This document shows, piece by piece, positions 1-10,684 of a stretch of DNA of 32,000 bases. The notes below the pieces were generated by a model. The model saw only the letters and a program-made list of their open reading frames with translations, ran no database searches and was not told the DNA's origin. The stretch's first letter is position 1. The number at the start of each line of letters is the position of its first letter. The translations under genes and the position numbers were made by a program. Source of the DNA: Aliivibrio fischeri ES114 (GTDB taxonomy: Bacteria > Pseudomonadota > Gammaproteobacteria > Enterobacterales > Vibrionaceae); assembly GCF_000011805.1 (NCBI RefSeq), contig NC_006840.2. One strand, 5' to 3'.

Positions 1-21
1 TAAATACACTTTAATTAGAAC

Positions 22-51
22 AAAGGCGAGCCTTAATGGCTCGCCTTTTTT
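22..51 (+). terminator. Rho-independent terminator of a gene upstream of the window
   Basis: Perfect stem AAAGGCGAGCC (22-32) / GGCTCGCCTTT (38-48), 5-nt loop TTAAT, then a T run. Confidence 0.85.
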
Positions 52-226
52 TGTTTGATTTCTCAAATGTGAAAAGATTAACATTAAGATTACATTGACT
101 TCACATTTGCGGCGTTATTTGTTGGACTTTAATTTAACCATGAGTAATGTGAACTTGCTAATAAATGAATCTATTATAAAAACGATAGTTAGGTATTTAT
201 CTAAATAAAGTTTAATAATCAAGGAG

Positions 227-1159
227 ATGATTGTGTTTAAACGTAATTTTATACTTGCTCTACTCTTTATCATTCCATCAGTTGTTAATGCTGAAAATTA
301 TACTATTGGCACCGGTGGTCAAAGTGGTATTTATTATCCATTTGGAGGTGCATTAGCGAAGGTTTGGACTGAACATGTTCCAGATGTAACAGCAAAAGCA
401 GAGGTGACTGCTGCGTCAGTTGAAAATACCATTAAGGTTGTTCGTGGCGATATGATAGCAGGTATTGCAATGGGGAATGTGGTACTTGATGCCTATAATG
501 GTGAGGGGAAATTTCCACAAAAAATGCCAGTTAAAACCCTTTTTGCACTATACCCAAATTTAGTTCATACCATAACTCTTGAAAAATCTGGTATTACATC
601 ATTATCGCAATTAAAGGGTAAACGAGTGTCTTTAGGCGCTCCTGCAAGTGGTACTGCTGTAACTTCAGCTGCTCTACTTGAGTCTTTAGGTATTGATGTG
701 AAAAAAGACATTAAAGCGGTGTATTTAAACTACTCTGAAACTACGAATGCATTAGCAAACGGACAAATTGATGCTGGTTTTATTGTCGGTGGACAAGGGG
801 TTGGTGCTGTAACACAAATTGCATTAACACATAAAATAAAAGTGCTTTCAATTACACCAGAAGAAAGTGCACTGTTTATGAAAAAGTACCCAGCCTACAG
901 TACATACAATATTCCTGGAGGCGTATATAACAACGTTGATGAAGTGTCGACATTAAGCGTTTGGAATGTATTAGTGGTGAATGCAAAAATGAGTGATGAC
1001 ATGGCATATAACCTGACAAAAGCAGCATATGAAAATATAGGTGACGTTCGTAAAGTTGTAAAAATGGCTGAAATGACAACACCAGAAAATGCAAACAGTT
1101 TACAGGGTGTACCTCTTCATGCGGGAGCTCAAAAATATCTGGATTCAATCTTGAAGTAA
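227..1159 (+). CDS. TAXI family TRAP transporter solute-binding protein
   Basis: 310 aa ORF with signal peptide and TAXI-receptor features (IGTGGQSGIYYPFGGALAKVW, LKGKRVSLGAPASGTAVT). Followed by a fused TRAP permease. Confidence 0.93.
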   Translation: MIVFKRNFILALLFIIPSVVNAENYTIGTGGQSGIYYPFGGALAKVWTEHVPDVTAKAEVTAASVENTIKVVRGDMIAGIAMGNVVLDAYNGEGKFPQKMPVKTLFALYPNLVHTITLEKSGITSLSQLKGKRVSLGAPASGTAVTSAALLESLGIDVKKDIKAVYLNYSETTNALANGQIDAGFIVGGQGVGAVTQIALTHKIKVLSITPEESALFMKKYPAYSTYNIPGGVYNNVDEVSTLSVWNVLVVNAKMSDDMAYNLTKAAYENIGDVRKVVKMAEMTTPENANSLQGVPLHAGAQKYLDSILK

Positions 1160-1187
1160 TTAAACTGTTTTACTCAATATTAAATGG

Positions 1188-1212
1188 AAGGGTAAGAGTT
1201 CTGCTTACCTTT
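1188..1212 (+). promoter_or_regulatory. Intercistronic hairpin between TRAP receptor and permease
   Basis: Stem AAGGGTAAG (1188-1196) / CTTACCTTT (1204-1212) with one G-U pair, 7-nt loop, pyrimidine-rich tail. Confidence 0.5.
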
Positions 1213-1245
1213 CTTCTTTTCTGACTTTATCCTACAGGCATTAAT

Positions 1246-3156
1246 ATGGACATTATAACTGATAAAAACCAAAGCGATGTCGATGAGTATTTACCTCATG
1301 AAAGAACGGTCACTGTATTTGGATTCTTAATTTTAAGCATTGCTGTTGCATTATCCGCTTTTCAAATATGGCAGGGAATAAGCTCGACAATCTCTGCTAC
1401 TTATTTTAGGCCTATCCACTTATGTTGGGTTCTCATTCTCATCTTTTTGCATTACCCGTTAATTAATAATCGAAAGAGTTCTTTGTATTTAGCTGGGAGA
1501 GTTATCGATCTTATTTTGTGTGGTTTGATTGTTTTTGCTGCTTATCGAATGACGATATTTGATTATAACGATATCAACCATCTCTTTTATGGGTTGCAAT
1601 TACCCGATATGGTTGCGGGTTGTTCATTGATTATTTTATTAATGGAAGGCTGCCGTCGTACTGTTGGATGGGTAATGGTACTTATTGCTGTGTTATTTTT
1701 ATCTTATAGCGCATTTGGAGATATGTTACCTGCAGGTTTCGCAATTAAATCATATACCTTACAAGAGCTTATTCAGTTTCAAATTTTTTCTGCTAACGGC
1801 ATATTTGGTTCTGCATTAGGGATTGCTGCAACCACCGTTTTTGTCTTTGTTTTATTTGGAGCTTTTCTTGAGGTAACCGGGGCCGGGAAATTTTTTATTG
1901 ATTTAGCCTTTTCTATTGCGGGTAAATATCGAGGTGGTCCAGCAAAAGCGGCGGTATTAGCATCGGCCGGATTAGGTTCTATTTCTGGTTCTGCAATTGC
2001 GAACACGGTAACAACCGGTTCGATCACCATTCCAATGATGAAGAAACTCGGTTATAAGCCAGAACAGGCTGCAGGAATAGAAGCCGCTGCATCAACTGGT
2101 GGGCAAATAATGCCACCAATTATGGGGGCTGGGGCATTTGTAATGGCACAATTTACCGGTGTCCCTTATAGCGAGATCATGCTTGCATCTATTGCTCCTG
2201 CAATTTTGTATTTCTTTTGTACCTTGCTCTATGTGCATTTAATGGCATGTAAACTGAATCTTAAAGCAGCAAATCGAACTGAAGCTGTAATGAGTGTTAT
2301 GAAAGAGGGAGCTCATCATTTAATTCCACTAGCATTAATCACAACATTATTGATGATGGCGTATTCTCCATTATTAGTTGGCGTCGCTGGTTGTGCTGCA
2401 ATTTTAGTGACCGCAGCTTTAAGAAAGCACAGCCGAATAGGATTACAAAAATTCATTGAAGGCATGAAAAATGGAGCTTTAATGGCATTACCTATTTCGG
2501 CTGCATGTGGTGCTGCTGGGATAATTGTTGGTGTGGTTGGACAAACCGGAATTGGATTACAGTTTACTCAATTTGTTATGGATTTTTCGGGAGGTTACTT
2601 ACTTATAGCTCTTGGGTTAATAAGTATTGTAGCGTTAGTACTCGGAATGGGGTTACCTGTAACAGCCGCTTATATTGTATTAGCCGTAATGGCGGTTCCG
2701 ATGTTAAGTGACTTTGGTTTATCACTATTAACAGCACATCTTATTGTTTTTTGGTTATCGCAGACATCAAATGTAACGCCACCAATTGCGCTAGCTGCAT
2801 TTGCTGGAGCAGGAGTTGCTAATGCTAATCCAATGAAGTCATCAGTAGAAGCATTTAAATTGGCTGGTGGTTTGTTCATTATTCCAATAATGATGGCATA
2901 TACAAATCTGGTTGATTCTAGTGCAGGAGCTTGGAGTTTAACCTTATCGATTGTGCAAACATTGACGATTATTATAGCGATTGCCGTATCAATTGAAGGG
3001 TATTTATTACGTGTACTAACAACAGCTGAAAGGTTATTGGCTTTCTCTACTATTCCTTTAATTTTGTTAAATCCATTCGGTGCCGGTTTCGTTGGAATTA
3101 TCATTATTGCGGGATTGATATTGACTCAATGGCGAGGAAAACCTCAAGTAACATAA
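1246..3156 (+). CDS. TRAP transporter fused permease subunit (DctQM-type, TAXI system)
   Basis: 636 aa polytopic protein with conserved TRAP large-subunit stretches (GSGSAIANTVTTGSITIPMMKKLGYKPEQAAGIEAAASTGGQIMPPIMGAGAFVMAQFTGVPY). Confidence 0.94.
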   Translation: MDIITDKNQSDVDEYLPHERTVTVFGFLILSIAVALSAFQIWQGISSTISATYFRPIHLCWVLILIFLHYPLINNRKSSLYLAGRVIDLILCGLIVFAAYRMTIFDYNDINHLFYGLQLPDMVAGCSLIILLMEGCRRTVGWVMVLIAVLFLSYSAFGDMLPAGFAIKSYTLQELIQFQIFSANGIFGSALGIAATTVFVFVLFGAFLEVTGAGKFFIDLAFSIAGKYRGGPAKAAVLASAGLGSISGSAIANTVTTGSITIPMMKKLGYKPEQAAGIEAAASTGGQIMPPIMGAGAFVMAQFTGVPYSEIMLASIAPAILYFFCTLLYVHLMACKLNLKAANRTEAVMSVMKEGAHHLIPLALITTLLMMAYSPLLVGVAGCAAILVTAALRKHSRIGLQKFIEGMKNGALMALPISAACGAAGIIVGVVGQTGIGLQFTQFVMDFSGGYLLIALGLISIVALVLGMGLPVTAAYIVLAVMAVPMLSDFGLSLLTAHLIVFWLSQTSNVTPPIALAAFAGAGVANANPMKSSVEAFKLAGGLFIIPIMMAYTNLVDSSAGAWSLTLSIVQTLTIIIAIAVSIEGYLLRVLTTAERLLAFSTIPLILLNPFGAGFVGIIIIAGLILTQWRGKPQVT

Positions 3157-3178
3157 AACAGAATTTAGTTTCAGATAT

Positions 3179-3217
3179 TAAAGCCCTTAGAGATAAGATC
3201 CTAAGGGCTTTTTATTT
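3179..3217 (+). terminator. Rho-independent terminator downstream of the TRAP permease, possibly shared with the convergent MCP gene
   Basis: Stem AAAGCCCTTAG / CTAAGGGCTTT around 3180-3211 with 10-nt loop AGATAAGATC, then a T-rich tract. Confidence 0.85.
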
Positions 3218-3229
3218 AAGTACAATTTT

Positions 3230-4873
3230 TTAAATTTTAAAGAATGCCAGCTCTTCTTTTTGTGAAACAGCCAGTTGTGATAGTTCTTTTGCGGCTTGTT
3301 GAGTTTGATTAATCGCAGCTACATTTTGATTAACAAGATCAAAGGTGTTGGTTGTATTTAATGCGATTCGTTCTGTGAGTGTGAACTGCTCTTGAGAGGT
3401 GCTAGCCACTAAGGTGTTCATCTTCGATATAGATTGAACCGAATTCTCAATGTAGCTGAAAGAGGATTTTACATTCTCTGATAAAGCCACAGACTCTTGA
3501 ATAAGCTCCACGTTACTTATCATGTTGTCGTTTGCTTTTTCAGATTGAGCTTGCAATTGAGCGATAATTTCTTGAATACTTTGTGTGGATTCTTGAGTTT
3601 TTGATGCAAGATTACGAACCTCATCAGCAACCACGGCAAAGCCTCGACCATATTCACCAGCACGAGCCGCCTCAATTGCAGCATTAAGTGCTAATAAATT
3701 TGTTTGGTCTGAAATGGTACTGATAACTGCAGTTACTTCCCCAATGTCCATTGCATTGGTTTTTAGCTCAGCAATCATACTCGCTGTTAGTTGTACAGAT
3801 TCATTGATTTTTTGAGTTAAATGAATCGATTCATCTAAGGTTTGGTTGCCTTGAGAAACACTGTCTATCGCTTTACTCACTTCTTCTTCAGCGTGAACTG
3901 CATTAGATGTTACTTCTTTTGACGTTGTCGATAGCTCACTGATTGCGTGTGAAATCTCTTCAACTTGGGCTAATTCATGTTGAGCATTATTTGCTGTGTT
4001 TTGCATCACCTCAGTTAGCTGTTCTGATGATGTTGCAACGTGAGTTGAAATATCACTGCTATTTCTGATTGCAGCGCCGACTTTTTCATTAAGAATAATT
4101 AATGAATTGTAGATGCCAACCGCACTTGAAGCGTTATTAAAACGTTGGGATAGATTACCTTCAGAGATCTTCTTAATCATCTCAGATAGCTCCCAAGGTT
4201 CACCACCTAAAGAAACTCTAAAACTACGCTCGATAATCAAACCAATAAATAATGAGGTAGCTAAAGCAAACATGCTAAGAATTAGCATTAATTGTTGGAA
4301 GCCACCAGCAACATTTCTTGCTTCAGGTGTAAGGATTTGGTTTCGGGTTTCTTGATAATCAATAAACTGGTTAATGTCATCTAGCCATTGAATAAACGCC
4401 GGTCTAATCGAGTCTAAAACAACATCAGTAGTGAGTTTACCTGACTTTTTATCACGAATAACTTGGTCGATTAACGGTAATGTCGTTTTTTGAATTTTTT
4501 CGATATTAGCTAAAATGCTGAGTTCTTCACTGGTAAATGCGATACCATCTTGGCGCATTTTTTTCATTTGTGCTTCTGAATCACGATAGAAGGTTTGTAA
4601 TCGGTTAATCTCTTTTTCTAAATGTGATATTTCTTGTGGGGTTCTTGCGATAGCAATATCTCTAATAGCAATTGCACGGTCATGTACACTGCCACGGTAA
4701 TTGATTGCATAGCGTTGTTTAACTGAATTAATGTCAGTCATTTCAGTTAAAGTATGATCAATAATATTTACTTTTTGTATTCCTAAAATGGTAAGTAGAA
4801 GCATTAGGAATAAAGTAATACCAAATCCTATTATTAAGCGAGCGCGAATAGTTAGCTTTGAAAATTTGTCCAA
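3230..4873 (-). CDS. Methyl-accepting chemotaxis protein (four-helix-bundle-like sensor, HAMP-like region)
   Basis: N-terminal TM, periplasmic helical region, second TM, and the MCP signalling hairpin motif [37 protein letters not shown]. Confidence 0.95.
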   Translation of the reverse strand: MDKFSKLTIRARLIIGFGITLFLMLLLTILGIQKVNIIDHTLTEMTDINSVKQRYAINYRGSVHDRAIAIRDIAIARTPQEISHLEKEINRLQTFYRDSEAQMKKMRQDGIAFTSEELSILANIEKIQKTTLPLIDQVIRDKKSGKLTTDVVLDSIRPAFIQWLDDINQFIDYQETRNQILTPEARNVAGGFQQLMLILSMFALATSLFIGLIIERSFRVSLGGEPWELSEMIKKISEGNLSQRFNNASSAVGIYNSLIILNEKVGAAIRNSSDISTHVATSSEQLTEVMQNTANNAQHELAQVEEISHAISELSTTSKEVTSNAVHAEEEVSKAIDSVSQGNQTLDESIHLTQKINESVQLTASMIAELKTNAMDIGEVTAVISTISDQTNLLALNAAIEAARAGEYGRGFAVVADEVRNLASKTQESTQSIQEIIAQLQAQSEKANDNMISNVELIQESVALSENVKSSFSYIENSVQSISKMNTLVASTSQEQFTLTERIALNTTNTFDLVNQNVAAINQTQQAAKELSQLAVSQKEELAFFKI

Positions 4874-5129
4874 AATATATACTCTTATTTATTGTTTAAA
4901 TTGTGGGGGTATATTTTTCGTTTGTAAGTGTAATATCGAAAAATAGTGTTGAGCGACCCTTAAATCTAGTATCTAATTTTATATGCCTAATTTAAAGGCT
5001 TAATAAGCGTATTTTTTGGTATATTTTTTTAATGAAATGATGATGTTAAGTTACGTTATTATTTTCATAACTTATAATGGAAGGTAATAACTGAATCGCC
5101 CACTTGAGTTAACAAGTGGGCATGATAGG

Positions 5130-7136
5130 TTAACTTAATTTAAATAAAGCGATTTCAGATTTCTGCTGGTCAGCGAGTTTTGCCAACTCTTGGCTTACTA
5201 GTTGTGTTTGATGAATTGATGATACATTTTCATTGACTAAATCAAATGTGCGAGTTGTATTTTTAGCGATATCTTCAGTAACAGAATATTGTTCTTGAGA
5301 AGCCGTGGCTACTAATGTATTGATATCTGAGATGGCTTGAACTGAGTTTTCTATATCATTGAAAGACAGTTTCACATCTTCAGCTAATACAACTGATTGT
5401 TGAATTAACGTAACATTTTCAATCATATTATTATTTGCTTTTTCTGATTGATATTGAAGCTTTGAAATAATTTCTTGAATATGTTGTGTAGATTGTTGTG
5501 TTTTAGCTGCTAGGTTACGTACCTCATCAGCAACGACGGCAAAGCCTCGACCTTGTTCGCCGGCTCTTGCTGCTTCAATGGCAGCATTTAGGGCAAGAAG
5601 ATTAGTTTGATCTGAAATAGAGCTGATCACATTAGTCACTTCACCAATGTTAACTGTATTTGCTCTTAATTCTTCAATCATTGATGCTGTTTGTTGAACA
5701 GAATCATTAATACTACGAGTTAAAGACATCGAATTTTCTAAATGCTGTTTACCAATATCGACATTATTAATAGCTGATTGAGCTTCTTCTTCAGCATGGG
5801 TCGCATTGGTCGTTACTTCTTTAGATGTACTCGATAGCTCACTGATTGCCGTTGAAATTTCTTCTACTTGCGCCAACTCATGCTGAGAGTTATTTGCGGT
5901 TACTTCCATTACTACATTGGATTCTTCTGCACTGGTGGCCAGTTGGGTGCTACCAATATCCATTTTTTGTAAAACCGAATGAAACTCAGCGAGCATTTCA
6001 TTTAAATATTTAGTACTCACACCTAATTCATCTTCAGATAATACTTTAGCCCTTATGGTTAAATCTTTATCTTTAGATACCGTTTCAATTACTTGTGATA
6101 GCTGTACAGCTTGGCCAATTAATAGTTTAGATATAATGACTGATGAAACGATAGTAATAGATAAAATAAGCAAGATAATGAATAGGCTTGAATAAATAGC
6201 CGTATTAACTTCACTATTTAGACGTGAGATTACTTTCTCAATATCATCAACCAGTAAATCTTCGTATTGTTTAAATTCATTAATTCGATTCGTAGAGGCT
6301 TGATACCATTCGCTGCCTGATACAGTAAATTTACCAGAAACATATTGCGCATTTACCATGTCACGGATGTTCGATACTTTTTGTGAAATGGAATCAGAGA
6401 GTATTTTATTTAAAGCATCAACTTGCTCAGAGGTTGCGTATTCGACGAATGTAGCAAGGTAGGCATTTTGAGTTGAATCAAGTGCTACAAATGTTTTGTA
6501 TAAGGTTAAAGGGACAGGACCAGAACTTGATAAAATGTTATTTAAGCTGGCGCGTTCTTTTCCTGCTGATTCTTTGATCTCTAAAAATAATGAATAGTTT
6601 CTCAAATGAGGTGTTAGTGTTCGCTCAGTTGATGTTTTAACGATCATATTACTTAAAGATAAGAACAGTCGGTTAATATCCGTATAATATTTTGCTGCAT
6701 TTGATGCTGATATTGTCAAATTATCAACATTATTACGAATAGTGTCTAATTGATTTAATTGCGTAAATATTGTCTGCATATCGTTATACACGGCAATATT
6801 TGTTTTTTGTATCGATTGTGCTTTTTCTTTTAATGATTGTAGATACGTATTTAGTACAGAATCGGTTTCTTTTCGTTGCTCAAGCATTTCACTTTTAAAG
6901 TTTACCCCTTTTGAACTAACAAATCCTGCAGTAGAGCCACGTTCTTTTTGAAGTTCGTGAACAATTAAACTGCCTTCAATTGAAATATCGGTCATTGAAG
7001 TAATGTCTTGCAGTTCAGAACGTAGTGAAACGGTTTTGTATAGGGTATCAAGTGAAAAGAAGAGCATCCCAATAATCGGAAGGGTAATGATTAAAAGGAT
7101 TTTTTGCTTAAACGAGAGTTTTTTTATGAAATTCAT
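5130..7136 (-). CDS. Methyl-accepting chemotaxis protein with a predicted nitrate/nitrite-sensing (NIT-like) periplasmic domain
   Basis: MCP signalling motif [37 protein letters not shown]. Long periplasmic helical region containing [18 protein letters not shown], typical of NIT domains. Confidence 0.93.
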   Translation of the reverse strand: MNFIKKLSFKQKILLIITLPIIGMLFFSLDTLYKTVSLRSELQDITSMTDISIEGSLIVHELQKERGSTAGFVSSKGVNFKSEMLEQRKETDSVLNTYLQSLKEKAQSIQKTNIAVYNDMQTIFTQLNQLDTIRNNVDNLTISASNAAKYYTDINRLFLSLSNMIVKTSTERTLTPHLRNYSLFLEIKESAGKERASLNNILSSSGPVPLTLYKTFVALDSTQNAYLATFVEYATSEQVDALNKILSDSISQKVSNIRDMVNAQYVSGKFTVSGSEWYQASTNRINEFKQYEDLLVDDIEKVISRLNSEVNTAIYSSLFIILLILSITIVSSVIISKLLIGQAVQLSQVIETVSKDKDLTIRAKVLSEDELGVSTKYLNEMLAEFHSVLQKMDIGSTQLATSAEESNVVMEVTANNSQHELAQVEEISTAISELSSTSKEVTTNATHAEEEAQSAINNVDIGKQHLENSMSLTRSINDSVQQTASMIEELRANTVNIGEVTNVISSISDQTNLLALNAAIEAARAGEQGRGFAVVADEVRNLAAKTQQSTQHIQEIISKLQYQSEKANNNMIENVTLIQQSVVLAEDVKLSFNDIENSVQAISDINTLVATASQEQYSVTEDIAKNTTRTFDLVNENVSSIHQTQLVSQELAKLADQQKSEIALFKLS

Positions 7137-7526
7137 GATGCTTAATCTTCGTAAATAATATTTTTTGGTTATTAGTATTTGTCAATTGCATTGTGTTAGC
7201 TTTACGTGTTTTTTTCATATTTCGTTTTGCTTTCTCAAAAGCAAGAATATTTTATATGATTAGCATTTAATCTTATCTACCACTTTGGGGTGATTATTTA
7301 TACTAAAATCAACTGAAATCATTGTTAATAATAGATTTTATGAAGGTGTTAGTTTTTTATTTTAGATGGCTTAAGATGGGGAAAATTTCAATTTTATTCT
7401 TAATATGGACTAGGTGAATCGCTGTAAAATCAATAACAAATATTCGAGATTATTTATAACCACTGCTACCTTTTAATATAGATATAAATAAAAAGAGTAA
7501 GCTCTATATTTTAAGGAGTTCATATT

Positions 7527-8627
7527 ATGCAGGGAGATAGGGTAAAGCGCTTGTGGTGTAAAGGAGTGATACGTTTATTCTCAATTCTATTGATTTTTAG
7601 TTCTTTTTTTGTACAAGCACAGCCGCAATTAAAGGTGGGTGCTTATCATTGTCCTCCATTTATTTTTGAATCTAGCGAAGAGCAGTATGACGGTTTGAGT
7701 ATGATTCTTTGGCAACGTATTGCTGAAATCATGCAAGTTGAATACAAGGTAAGTCATTATGGGCTTCAAGAGTTACTTAGTGCGGCTGAAGTGGGTGAAA
7801 TAGACGTAGGTGTTTCATGCATATCAATAACCCCTGACCGTGAAGAACATGTCGATTTTTCCCATTCCTTTTATGAAACTCACCTTGCCATAGCGGTTAA
7901 AAATCGAAGTTATCTTGATTCATTTATTAGCATTATTACTAATAAAACCTTATGGAAGGCTATTTGTCTCTTCTTATTTGTAGCGATCTCAGTAGGTACT
8001 TTTTATTACTTATTAGAGCGTAAAAATAACGATAAATTATATTCGATGCCAACCAAACGAGGACGCATAGCTGAAGCGTTTATTTTAGGGGTGTTGTTTA
8101 TTACTAAAGGGCCATTTAATTATTTTGAATTTAAAACATTGTCGGCAAGAGTGGTAACGGTATTAATTGCCATGTTTTCTACCGTATTTATCGCTAGTAT
8201 CACAGCAGTACTAGCAAGTTCACTCACATTAGAGCAGTTAAGGTTTGATGTAAAAGGCATCAATGATTTATCAAAAGTAAAAACGGGTGCGAAGCAAGGA
8301 ACTACCGCTTCATTACTACTGAGTAATCACAGCATTGCCCACGATACCTACAAAGATATGGATGCGCTTTTATTGGCTCTTGAAAAAGGTCAATTAGATG
8401 CCGTTGTCGCTGATGATGCTGTATTGCGATATATGATTAAGAAAGGAAAGGGAAAAGACTTATTTTTAGATTTAACGGTATTACCATATCAGTTAGAGAA
8501 GCAAAATTACGGTTTAGTATTAATTGAAAATAGTCCTTATGAAGAGAAAATTAATCGAGCACTATTACAAGTTCGAGAAACCAACGAATGGCATCAAATA
8601 CTATTAGAGTATTTTGCTGAAAAATAA
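7527..8627 (+). CDS. Ionotropic-glutamate-receptor-like protein (periplasmic-binding lobes split by a pore-like membrane region)
   Basis: Signal peptide, SBP_bac_3-like lobe (LKVGAYHCPPFIF...GLSMILWQRIA; DVGVSCISITPDREEHVDFSHSF), TM, re-entrant-like segment, TM with FIASITAVLASSLT (compare iGluR SYTANLAAFLT), then second lobe (INDLSKVKTGAKQGTTASLLL). Confidence 0.85.
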   Translation: MQGDRVKRLWCKGVIRLFSILLIFSSFFVQAQPQLKVGAYHCPPFIFESSEEQYDGLSMILWQRIAEIMQVEYKVSHYGLQELLSAAEVGEIDVGVSCISITPDREEHVDFSHSFYETHLAIAVKNRSYLDSFISIITNKTLWKAICLFLFVAISVGTFYYLLERKNNDKLYSMPTKRGRIAEAFILGVLFITKGPFNYFEFKTLSARVVTVLIAMFSTVFIASITAVLASSLTLEQLRFDVKGINDLSKVKTGAKQGTTASLLLSNHSIAHDTYKDMDALLLALEKGQLDAVVADDAVLRYMIKKGKGKDLFLDLTVLPYQLEKQNYGLVLIENSPYEEKINRALLQVRETNEWHQILLEYFAEK

Positions 8628-8715
8628 CAGAATTTGTGAGTAAAAAGTATCAGGTTTAGGTTGTGTCACGTATTATTGAAATTGCGACAATATAGAGTGA
8701 ATTTAGGAGTAATTG

Positions 8716-9417
8716 ATGTCGAGTATGTACACAACATTCGCAGAGCAATATGACAATGTGGTTCAGGATAATATTTATAATGCATACCTAGAAAGACCGT
8801 CACTCCAGGCTATGTTAGGTGATGTGAACGGTTGTGATGTGATTGATCTTGGCTGTGGCTCTGGTGTCTATGCCGATTATTTTATTCATCGTGGGGTAGC
8901 AAAGCTAACTTGTATCGATTACTCACCCAATATGATTGAAATTGTTAAGCGAAAATTTGGTGATCGAGTTACCGCTTATGCACAAGATGCGTCTATTGGG
9001 TTAATAAAAGAAGCAAGTGAAAGCGCTGATTTGATTATTTCGCCACTGATGATTCATTATTTAGAAGACCTCTCGGTACTTTTTAATGATGTTGCTCGTG
9101 TTTTAAAAAATGGTGGAAACTTTGCTTTTTCTACTCATCATCCGTTTGCTGACTTTGAATGCACATTATCAGGAAACTATTTTGAAAGAGAATTCATTAC
9201 TGAAATGTGGAATACCGTTGGCGAGCCAGTTGAAGTGACATTCTATCGTCGTTCATTAACAGAAATAATGAATGCGATTACAGACAGTGGTTTAGTTGTA
9301 ACGCAGTTATCCGAAGGTAAAGTGGCTGAAGAAGTAAAACAGATATCTCTAGAAAAATATGAGTATTTATCTAAAAACCCTAATTTCATTTTTATAAAAT
9401 GCCAAAAGCTAGTTTAG
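8716..9417 (+). CDS. Class I SAM-dependent methyltransferase
   Basis: Motif I DVIDLGCGSGVYADYF and post-I TCIDYSPNMIEI. An AGGAG precedes the 8716 ATG; the ORF-track start at 8713 is a TTG. Confidence 0.9.
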   Translation: MSSMYTTFAEQYDNVVQDNIYNAYLERPSLQAMLGDVNGCDVIDLGCGSGVYADYFIHRGVAKLTCIDYSPNMIEIVKRKFGDRVTAYAQDASIGLIKEASESADLIISPLMIHYLEDLSVLFNDVARVLKNGGNFAFSTHHPFADFECTLSGNYFEREFITEMWNTVGEPVEVTFYRRSLTEIMNAITDSGLVVTQLSEGKVAEEVKQISLEKYEYLSKNPNFIFIKCQKLV

Positions 9418-9478
9418 TCTTACCATCTAGTGTTACTATCTGCGCCCCAATTTTCCTTTGAGTTTGAGGAGCAGATAG

Positions 9479-10414
9479 ATGCATGACCGAGCGAGTCAAA
9501 TGGTGATATTTTACGCCTTAGCGAAAGCTGGGAGTTTTACTGCTGCAGCAAAGCAAATGGGCGTATCAACCTCACATGTCAGTAAGCAGCTTGGTGCTTT
9601 AGAAGAAACGCTTAATCTAAAATTGGTGCATAGAACAACACGCTCTCTTATTTTAACGGATGCGGGACAACAGTTTTTTCTGTATTGCGAGACCATTTAT
9701 AATGCAATGACAGAAGCAAGTGCCATTATGGATGATGAACGAGATGAAGTCGCAGGTATTCTACGTTTAGGTTTATCCCAATCTTTTGGCACTATGCATA
9801 TCATTCCGGCTATTGATAAGTTGCGAAACCAATACCCTGATTTACAAGTTGAAGTTCGCTTATTTGATCATCAAGCTGACATGTTAAAAGATGGTTTAGA
9901 TTTATGGGTAACTAATTTTGAAGACTTGCCTGAAGGTTATGTTGCACAGCGTTTAGCTGATTCTAATTTTGTTTTAGCGGCATCTCCTGATTACCTTATT
10001 GATAAAAAAGTTCCGCATCATCCTTTGGATCTTGTTGAACATAATTGTCTTACTTACCAGAGTCGCTATCGTGATTACAGTAATTGGGATTTTAGTAAGG
10101 GTAATGAATCTCTATGCGTAAAGGTATCTGGTAATTATCGAGTTGATTTAGCTGAGGCTGTTAGAGATGCAACCATATCAGGGTGGGGCATTGCTTATTT
10201 AGCCAGTTATTTGCTAACTAATGAGTTTAATGATGGAAAACTCATTCAATTATTACCGGGTTGGAAAGCAAGTCAGAAAATGCCGATTTATGCGGTATAT
10301 CCAAGTCGAAAACACCTTCCAAGAAAGATAAGTGCGGTCATCGATTTTCTTCGAGAACATATAGGCCAACCGCCATATTGGGATAAAGCACTCATGAAGC
10401 GAGTGAAGTTGTAA
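9479..10414 (+). CDS. LysR family transcriptional regulator
   Basis: N-terminal HTH (ALAKAGSFTAAAKQMGVSTSHVSKQLGALEETLNLKLVHRTTRSLILTDAG) plus substrate-binding domain. Confidence 0.95.
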   Translation: MHDRASQMVIFYALAKAGSFTAAAKQMGVSTSHVSKQLGALEETLNLKLVHRTTRSLILTDAGQQFFLYCETIYNAMTEASAIMDDERDEVAGILRLGLSQSFGTMHIIPAIDKLRNQYPDLQVEVRLFDHQADMLKDGLDLWVTNFEDLPEGYVAQRLADSNFVLAASPDYLIDKKVPHHPLDLVEHNCLTYQSRYRDYSNWDFSKGNESLCVKVSGNYRVDLAEAVRDATISGWGIAYLASYLLTNEFNDGKLIQLLPGWKASQKMPIYAVYPSRKHLPRKISAVIDFLREHIGQPPYWDKALMKRVKL

Positions 10415-10582
10415 CGTTTGCTATTCCTCATTGATTGAATTTCATACTTTAAATTGTTGTCTTTTTAATCAATGAGTTATATCGATTATGTGCCGTGAAA
10501 TAAATATCTTTTCCATATGGAAATAATCTTATTTCTGATTGTTTTTATTACAGGAAATCAATCAGTTAATTGCTGCACATAA

Positions 10583-10598
10583 TGTGACCTGTGTCTCA
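10583..10598 (+). promoter_or_regulatory. Candidate CRP site upstream of the nucleoside transporter
   Basis: TGTGA-CCTGTG-TCTCA, one mismatch to TGTGA-N6-TCACA, in the leader of a catabolic-type nucleoside transporter. Confidence 0.55.
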
Positions 10599-10628
10599 TT
10601 AACAGAGTGGTAGCAAAGTCGACTTGCA

Positions 10629-10642
10629 CGCAAACCTTTGCG
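10629..10642 (+). promoter_or_regulatory. Palindromic element CGCAAA-CC-TTTGCG upstream of the nucleoside transporter, possible repressor operator
   Basis: Perfect 6-bp inverted repeat with 2-bp spacer, 31 bp downstream of the candidate CRP site and about 42 bp upstream of the ATG. Confidence 0.4.
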
Positions 10643-10684
10643 GATTAGAATGCGAACTCATTTTCGATAGCATAGGTTTCTATC

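Noticed and set aside
66-110. AAATGTGA ... TCACATTT inverted repeat upstream of the TAXI receptor gene as a CRP site
   Set aside because: The half-sites are separated by 29 bp instead of 6, so they cannot form one CRP site; probably chance in AT-rich DNA.
1779-2030. Minus-strand ORF inside the TRAP permease
   Set aside because: Antisense to a well-supported polytopic protein; Pro/Ala-rich composition is typical of reverse reading of membrane-protein codons. The same applies to 2670..3104.
2505-2711. Small +1-frame ORF within the TRAP permease gene
   Set aside because: Cys/Trp-rich out-of-frame translation of Gly-rich TM codons; not credible.
7137-7526. Long intergenic region before the glutamate-receptor-like gene as a possible sRNA or riboswitch
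   Set aside because: No stable hairpin with T run, no riboswitch-like conserved core that I could recognise; nothing supportable beyond a promoter region.
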